From Ignavibacteriales bacterium (GTDB lineage: Bacteria > Bacteroidota > Ignavibacteria > UBA10030 > UBA6906): DNA of 22,657 nt. The position numbers and the translations under genes are program-made. Under the pieces are notes generated by a model. The model saw nothing but the letters and a program-made list of their open reading frames with translations. It ran no database searches and had not been told where the DNA came from. Shown piece by piece: positions 19,263-22,657 of the stretch (position 1 is its first letter; each line of letters opens with the position of its first letter). Location: assembly GCA_037441705.1 (NCBI GenBank), contig JBBIRR010000055.1, forward strand, positions 1 through 22,657, read 5' to 3'.

Positions 19263-19448
19263 TTACCCGTCCCGCGGTTTCTTATCCCACGCGAGCAGCA
19301 CCCCGATAGCCGCACCGTATGCGGCGCTGGCATAGGGATTCGACGTGATGGGACACGTACCGTTCAAGCAGCCGATGAAGTAGTAGTAGGCGAATCCTCC
19401 GCCCGCGCCTGCGAGAACGATGAGCGTACGTTTCAACCAGATGTTCAT
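19263..19448 (-). CDS. Small membrane protein, DUF6132-like
   Basis: Two hydrophobic segments flanking YYYFIGCLNGTCPITSNPY; ATGA overlap with the upstream gene. Confidence 0.8.
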   Translation of the reverse strand: MNIWLKRTLIVLAGAGGGFAYYYFIGCLNGTCPITSNPYASAAYGAAIGVLLAWDKKPRDG

Positions 19449-19666
19449 GCCGGTTTCTCTTCCATCAAGGATTCGTTCATCGCTTCCACCAGTTCATCAA
19501 TCGCCGCGTCGGTCCACCCTTTGTCCTTTGCGAGTTCCTCCAGCGTGCCCCACGTCGGTTCGCCGCATACAAGACAAGGAAGCCCCTTGTTGATCAGAAA
19601 CTTCACCGAGCCGGGAAAGCGAGTGACAAGCTCCTCGATGGCGATATGTCGGTCAATCCCCGTCAT
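19445..19666 (-). CDS. DUF1858-like small CxxC protein
   Basis: IEELVTRFPGSVKFL..KGLPCLVCGEPTWGTLEELA; ATGA overlaps on both sides. Confidence 0.8.
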   Translation of the reverse strand: MTGIDRHIAIEELVTRFPGSVKFLINKGLPCLVCGEPTWGTLEELAKDKGWTDAAIDELVEAMNESLMEEKPA

Positions 19667-19896
19667 CGTTTCTTGGAGAAGAGCTCCTGAATGATTGCAT
19701 CAATGTAGGTCCGGGTTGCGTTGAGGATGAGCTTGCTGGAGCATTCACGTTCGAGTTTGGAGCAGATTTCCTCGCCCCACCTGCGCGCCTGCTGTGCCGT
19801 CGAAGCATGCAGGATGCGCGCTTCCGCCTCGGCGCAATAACGCTTCAGCATCTCATCCTGCAGGTCGGAGACCGGATGACGAACAAGAGCTTCCAT
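19663..19896 (-). CDS. Hypothetical 77-aa helical protein with three Cys
   Basis: Fits the operon (21 nt after DUF2892, ATGA overlap downstream); amphipathic helical sequence. Confidence 0.7.
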   Translation of the reverse strand: MEALVRHPVSDLQDEMLKRYCAEAEARILHASTAQQARRWGEEICSKLERECSSKLILNATRTYIDAIIQELFSKKR

Positions 19897-19917
19897 TGTT
19901 CCGCGTCGGCCGGCGGC

Positions 19918-20118
19918 CTATTGTTTCTTTGTCGAGAGCTTCAACGGCAGATACAGCGGACAGAAGCCGAGCGCACCGGTGATGAGAAATGCGGCAGCGA
20001 CTATTCCAAGGATCGTTCCCCACAATCCGCTGATAGTGCCCGTGAAGAGCAGAATCGCGATCACGACAGCGGCAATCGCACGAACGAGCCGATCTATGGT
20101 GCCCATGTTCTTGGTCAT
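19918..20118 (-). CDS. DUF2892 (YgaP-like) membrane protein
   Basis: KNMGTIDRLVR, two TM segments, TGALGFCPLYLPL.LST; GGAGGT RBS before ATG 20118. Confidence 0.9.
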   Translation of the reverse strand: MTKNMGTIDRLVRAIAAVVIAILLFTGTISGLWGTILGIVAAAFLITGALGFCPLYLPLKLSTKKQ

Positions 20119-20173
20119 GACTACCTCCTGAGATTGAATGACGTGTGACGATCGTTTTGATCCCCACGCATGT

Positions 20174-20199
20174 GATGCAGCGCGACCTCGAAAAGGGTC
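20174..20199 (-). promoter_or_regulatory. Putative ECF-sigma promoter upstream of the DUF2892 cassette
   Basis: GACCCTTTTcgaggtcgcGCTGCATC on the minus strand; matches the motif upstream of the sigma gene with no gaps. Confidence 0.6.
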
Positions 20200-20218
20200 A
20201 GCAGACGGTGAGCGTTCT

Positions 20219-20497
20219 TTACCGAGAGGGGCGGGCAATCCTCTTCACACGGCGCTTTCCTGCCTGGGACTTCAGAATGGCAACGTCAATCACCTTCACA
20301 AGTCGCCGATGGGCCGAAAGGGGCATGCGGGGACCCGGTTCATGTTTGTACAACAGGATGGTCTTTTTCAAAGAATCAAGATAGGCCGAGCAGTCGGGGC
20401 ACGAGGTGAGATGTTTTTTGATCGCCCGACATTCCGGCGAGTTAATGTCGAAATCGAGATTCTCGCAGATGTGTTTGTACACGCTCTTACACTTCAT
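20219..20497 (-). CDS. Soluble zinc-binding anti-sigma factor (ZAS, zf-HC2)
   Basis: HLTSCPDC (HxxxCxxC) plus three additional Cys; no TM helix; ATGA overlap with the ECF sigma gene. Confidence 0.88.
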   Translation of the reverse strand: MKCKSVYKHICENLDFDINSPECRAIKKHLTSCPDCSAYLDSLKKTILLYKHEPGPRMPLSAHRRLVKVIDVAILKSQAGKRRVKRIARPSR

Positions 20498-21102
20498 CGT
20501 CCACGCTCCTGACCTGCTGTCATGTATGGATTGAGTTGGTCGCGCAGGAATGCCCGCGCGCGCCGCAGGCGTGATTTCGTTGCCTCCACCGAAAGGCCGA
20601 GGATGTTCGCCGTCTCTTCGTTGGAGTTTCCCTCCACATCCCGCAGAACAAATACAATCCGATAGTCCATCGGCAGTTTCATGATAGCCTTGTCCAACAC
20701 TTCACGCAGCTCGCGTTTCATCAACACGTCGGCTGGGGTTTCATCCCACCGCGGGACATTCTGTGCAAGAGTCCCGTCGCCGGCGACCGGCGGATTGTCG
20801 TACGATTCCAACAGGGTTTCGAGTTTCCTTCGCCGCGCTTTCATCAGGCAGTTGTTTGCCACGATACGATACAGCCACGTGCTGAGCTTCGAGCGCCCGT
20901 CGAACGAGTGGAGGTTGCGATACATGTTGATAAACGTATCCTGCAGCGCTTCTTCGGCCCGTTGTCTGTCGCGGCAGACTTTGTACGAGAACTTGTACAC
21001 CATGTCCTCGTATCGCTTCACGAGTGTCGTGAAGGCATGTTTGTCGCCTCGACGCGCGGCGGCGATGAGCTGTTGGTCGGATCGAGTGCGTTCCTGCTTC
21101 AA
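20494..21102 (-). CDS. ECF RNA polymerase sigma factor
   Basis: Region 2 (GDKHAFTTLVKRY, AEEALQDTF, FDGRSKLSTWLYRIVAN) and region 4 (LPMDYRIVFVLRDVEG.SNEETA.ILG.S..ATKSRLRRAR). TTG start. Confidence 0.95.
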   Translation of the reverse strand: MKQERTRSDQQLIAAARRGDKHAFTTLVKRYEDMVYKFSYKVCRDRQRAEEALQDTFINMYRNLHSFDGRSKLSTWLYRIVANNCLMKARRRKLETLLESYDNPPVAGDGTLAQNVPRWDETPADVLMKRELREVLDKAIMKLPMDYRIVFVLRDVEGNSNEETANILGLSVEATKSRLRRARAFLRDQLNPYMTAGQERGR

Positions 21103-21108
21103 TGGTCA

Positions 21109-21134
21109 GATGCAGCAATGGAGCAAAAAGTGTC
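21109..21134 (-). promoter_or_regulatory. Putative autoregulatory ECF promoter
   Basis: GACACTTTTtgctccattGCTGCATC on the minus strand, ending 6 nt before the TTG start. Confidence 0.6.
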
Positions 21135-21180
21135 GCACACAACGTAGGAAATGTTTGGGTTGGGTTCAAGGTTCGGATCG

Positions 21181-21229
21181 GTTTGAGGTTCGAGAGTTGA
21201 GATTCAGGATGCAGGATGCAGGATTCAGG
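21181..21229. repeat. Degenerate heptamer tandem repeat (7 units)
   Basis: GTTTGAG GTTCGAG AGTTGAG ATTCAGG ATGCAGG ATGCAGG ATTCAGG. A second, more degenerate run lies at ~21479-21520. Confidence 0.75.
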
Positions 21230-21238
21230 TAGATTCTC

Positions 21239-21437
21239 GGTCTGGATTCTTCGCGTCGTTCGCAGGGCACCCTTCGACTCCGTCCCGCCTGAAAAGCCGC
21301 GGGACTGCGCTCAGGGTGACACCGGCGTTCGGCCGTCACGGCTTACGCGCCCACACACCGCGCCGTGACGGGAGGGTGGGACGCAGACGATCCCGTCATG
21401 CTGAGCGCTGCTTTCCAAGCGGGAAGCATCCAGAGCC
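21239..21437. repeat. Nested palindromic (REP/MITE-like) element
   Basis: Imperfect terminal inverted repeat TCTGGATTCTTC / GAAGCATCCAGA enclosing hairpins CACCCT...AGGGTG (21268-21318) and CCGTCACGGC...GCCGTGACGG (21333-21371). Confidence 0.6.
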
Positions 21438-21577
21438 AAGGCGCGGGTGAGCATGTTCAATTGGGAATGCGTGAATCGGTTTGAGGCTTGAGGTTCGATG
21501 CCGGTGGCTTCAAAGTTCAAGGTCGTTCGCGTTCCTAAATGCTTCAGAATGCCGAAACGAGTACAAGCCCCTATGTC

Positions 21578-21661
21578 TTAGCCACGAGCTTCAGCTCGTG
21601 GACCACGAAGACAGAAAAACCCTCGGGGCTTTAGCCCACAACCAACTCAGGACTAAAGTCC
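21578..21661. repeat. Cluster of three short REP-like palindromes
   Basis: TTAG-CCACGAGCT-TC-AGCTCGTGG, GGGCTTTAGCCC and GGACTAAAGTCC. Confidence 0.65.
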
Positions 21662-21700
21662 GCGAAATCTTGTTGGTGCGAGTTTCGTCGAAGGTCTTTG

Positions 21701-21783
21701 CCCATCATGTTGAGTGTTGCTTCCCAAGCGCGAAGCATCCAGAACCGGGGCCGTGCGTTGAACCCGCGACTCTGGATGCTTCG
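21701..21783. repeat. Second copy of the 46-bp repeat plus its inverted end
   Basis: 21701-21746 matches 21392-21437 at 39/46 positions. CGAAGCATCCAGA (21731-21743) is perfectly inverted at 21771-21783. Confidence 0.7.
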
Positions 21784-21808
21784 GTTGCCTGCGGCGAGAT
21801 GAGCTACC

Positions 21809-22657
21809 TCACCTCACCACCACCAGTTTTCTGGTGGCGCTGAATGAGCCTGCTTGCAGGCGATAGAAGTAGATGCCGCTGGTAAACGGCGAAGCATCAC
21901 AGACAACTCGATAGTTGCCCGGAGGCTGGCGTTCATTAACCAGCACCGCTACTTCCTGCCCCAGCAGGTTGTAAACTGTCAGCGTCACCTCGGCACTCAC
22001 CGGCAGTGAGTACCGAATAGTGGTAGAGGGGTTGAACGGATTAGGATAGTTTTGTTCGAGCGCGAAGCGGGTGGGCAGTTCGTCCTCGCCCGCCACACTG
22101 GTGAACACCGCCCGGAAGCGGCGGGACTGACTCCATGGTCCCCAGCCAGCCGCATTCTTGGCTCTCACCCGCCACCAATGCCAGTAGCTTTCATTGCTGA
22201 CCAAACCTCGGATAATTCTGGAGGTATCGGTCAGGGTGGAGTCAATTATGTTTCTGAGCACGAACAGCGAATCCGCTGCCCGCTCAAACCAATAATTGGT
22301 TATGGCCGGCTCAGCTTGGCGCCAGAGGCAAATCACGCTATCAGCGCCAATAGTACCACCGTGCTCGGGGTAGATCAGGCTGACCTGTGTGGGCAAAGTG
22401 ACAATGGTAGTGAAGCTGAACACTTCACTCCACGGGCCAATGCCCAGATAGTTTTTGCCCCGCACCCGCCAGTAGTAACGGGTGCTGTTGGCTAAAGGCC
22501 CAACCAGCCTGAGCGTATCAGTCAGCAGTGAATCATCCAGCACAATGGCTGGATTGCTAAAGACTGAATCAGTGGCCAGCTGCAGCCGGTATGAGGACAC
22601 ATTGTCATCTCTTAACCAGCGCAGCGTGAGTGAAAGCGGTTGATTGATGGCTCCGTT
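21809..22657 (-). CDS. T9SS type-A sorting-domain protein with tandem FN3-like domains (5'-truncated by window edge)
   Basis: YYWRVRGKN..GIGPWS and WWRVRAKN..GWGPWS repeats; C-terminal FALEQNYPNPFNPSTTIRY...SGIYFYRLQAG...RKLVVVR. The frame stays open to position 22657. Confidence 0.92.
   Translation of the reverse strand, partial: NGAINQPLSLTLRWLRDDNVSSYRLQLATDSVFSNPAIVLDDSLLTDTLRLVGPLANSTRYYWRVRGKNYLGIGPWSEVFSFTTIVTLPTQVSLIYPEHGGTIGADSVICLWRQAEPAITNYWFERAADSLFVLRNIIDSTLTDTSRIIRGLVSNESYWHWWRVRAKNAAGWGPWSQSRRFRAVFTSVAGEDELPTRFALEQNYPNPFNPSTTIRYSLPVSAEVTLTVYNLLGQEVAVLVNERQPPGNYRVVCDASPFTSGIYFYRLQAGSFSATRKLVVVR

Noticed and set aside
20119-20238. Longer 106-aa version of the DUF2892 ORF
   Set aside because: The strong GGAGGT RBS and domain start point to ATG 20118; the extension would overlap the anti-sigma gene and the promoter motif.
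21163-21783. CRISPR array or intact IS in the repeat-rich gap
   Set aside because: No regularly spaced identical repeats with unique spacers, and no cas or transposase ORF.
21311-21843. Short ORFs 21311-21520 (-) and 21481-21843 (+)
   Set aside because: They run across palindromic repeats, have no RBS or recognisable domain, and one overlaps the T9SS gene.
21809-22657. Impression of different codon/dinucleotide usage in the T9SS gene (possible foreign origin)
   Set aside because: By eye only, on a partial gene; needs a computed composition comparison.

Overview
Mostly housekeeping chromosome from a bacterium that looks like Ignavibacteria or a close Bacteroidota/Chlorobi relative. That assignment is inferred from the T9SS type-A C-terminal domain (YPNPFNPST...SGIYFYRL), a stand-alone atpD-atpC pair and ypdA. 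The first half holds a GDP-deoxyhexose/glycosyltransferase block (gmd, rmd-like, GT4), a small coiled-coil repeat gene, an Oar-like TonB-dependent receptor, a 2[4Fe-4S] ferredoxin, tRNA-Thr(CGT), ypdA and atpD-atpC. It continues with manC-rlpA-rpiB, an SLT lytic transglycosylase and smpB-tyrS-pdaD on the minus strand. After that come a GHMP kinase/nucleotidyltransferase pair, a small lipoprotein, an ECF sigma/zinc anti-sigma operon with four tiny Cys-motif proteins, a ~600-bp mosaic of REP-like palindromes and heptamer repeats, and the 3' end of a T9SS cargo gene. The best candidate for an undescribed system is the ECF module at 19263-21134. A bipartite motif (GACmCTTTT-N9-GCTGCATC, where m = A/C) occurs upstream of both the sigma gene and the Cys-rich small-protein cassette, suggesting an autoregulated thiol/sulfur-stress regulon. 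Also notable are an RpiB with an EutQ-like N-terminal domain and Asp in place of the catalytic Cys (possible microcompartment satellite gene), and a recurring TTGATT-N17-TATnnT housekeeping promoter. No CRISPR array, transposase, integrase or prophage gene was seen. All family calls come from motif recognition, not database searches.
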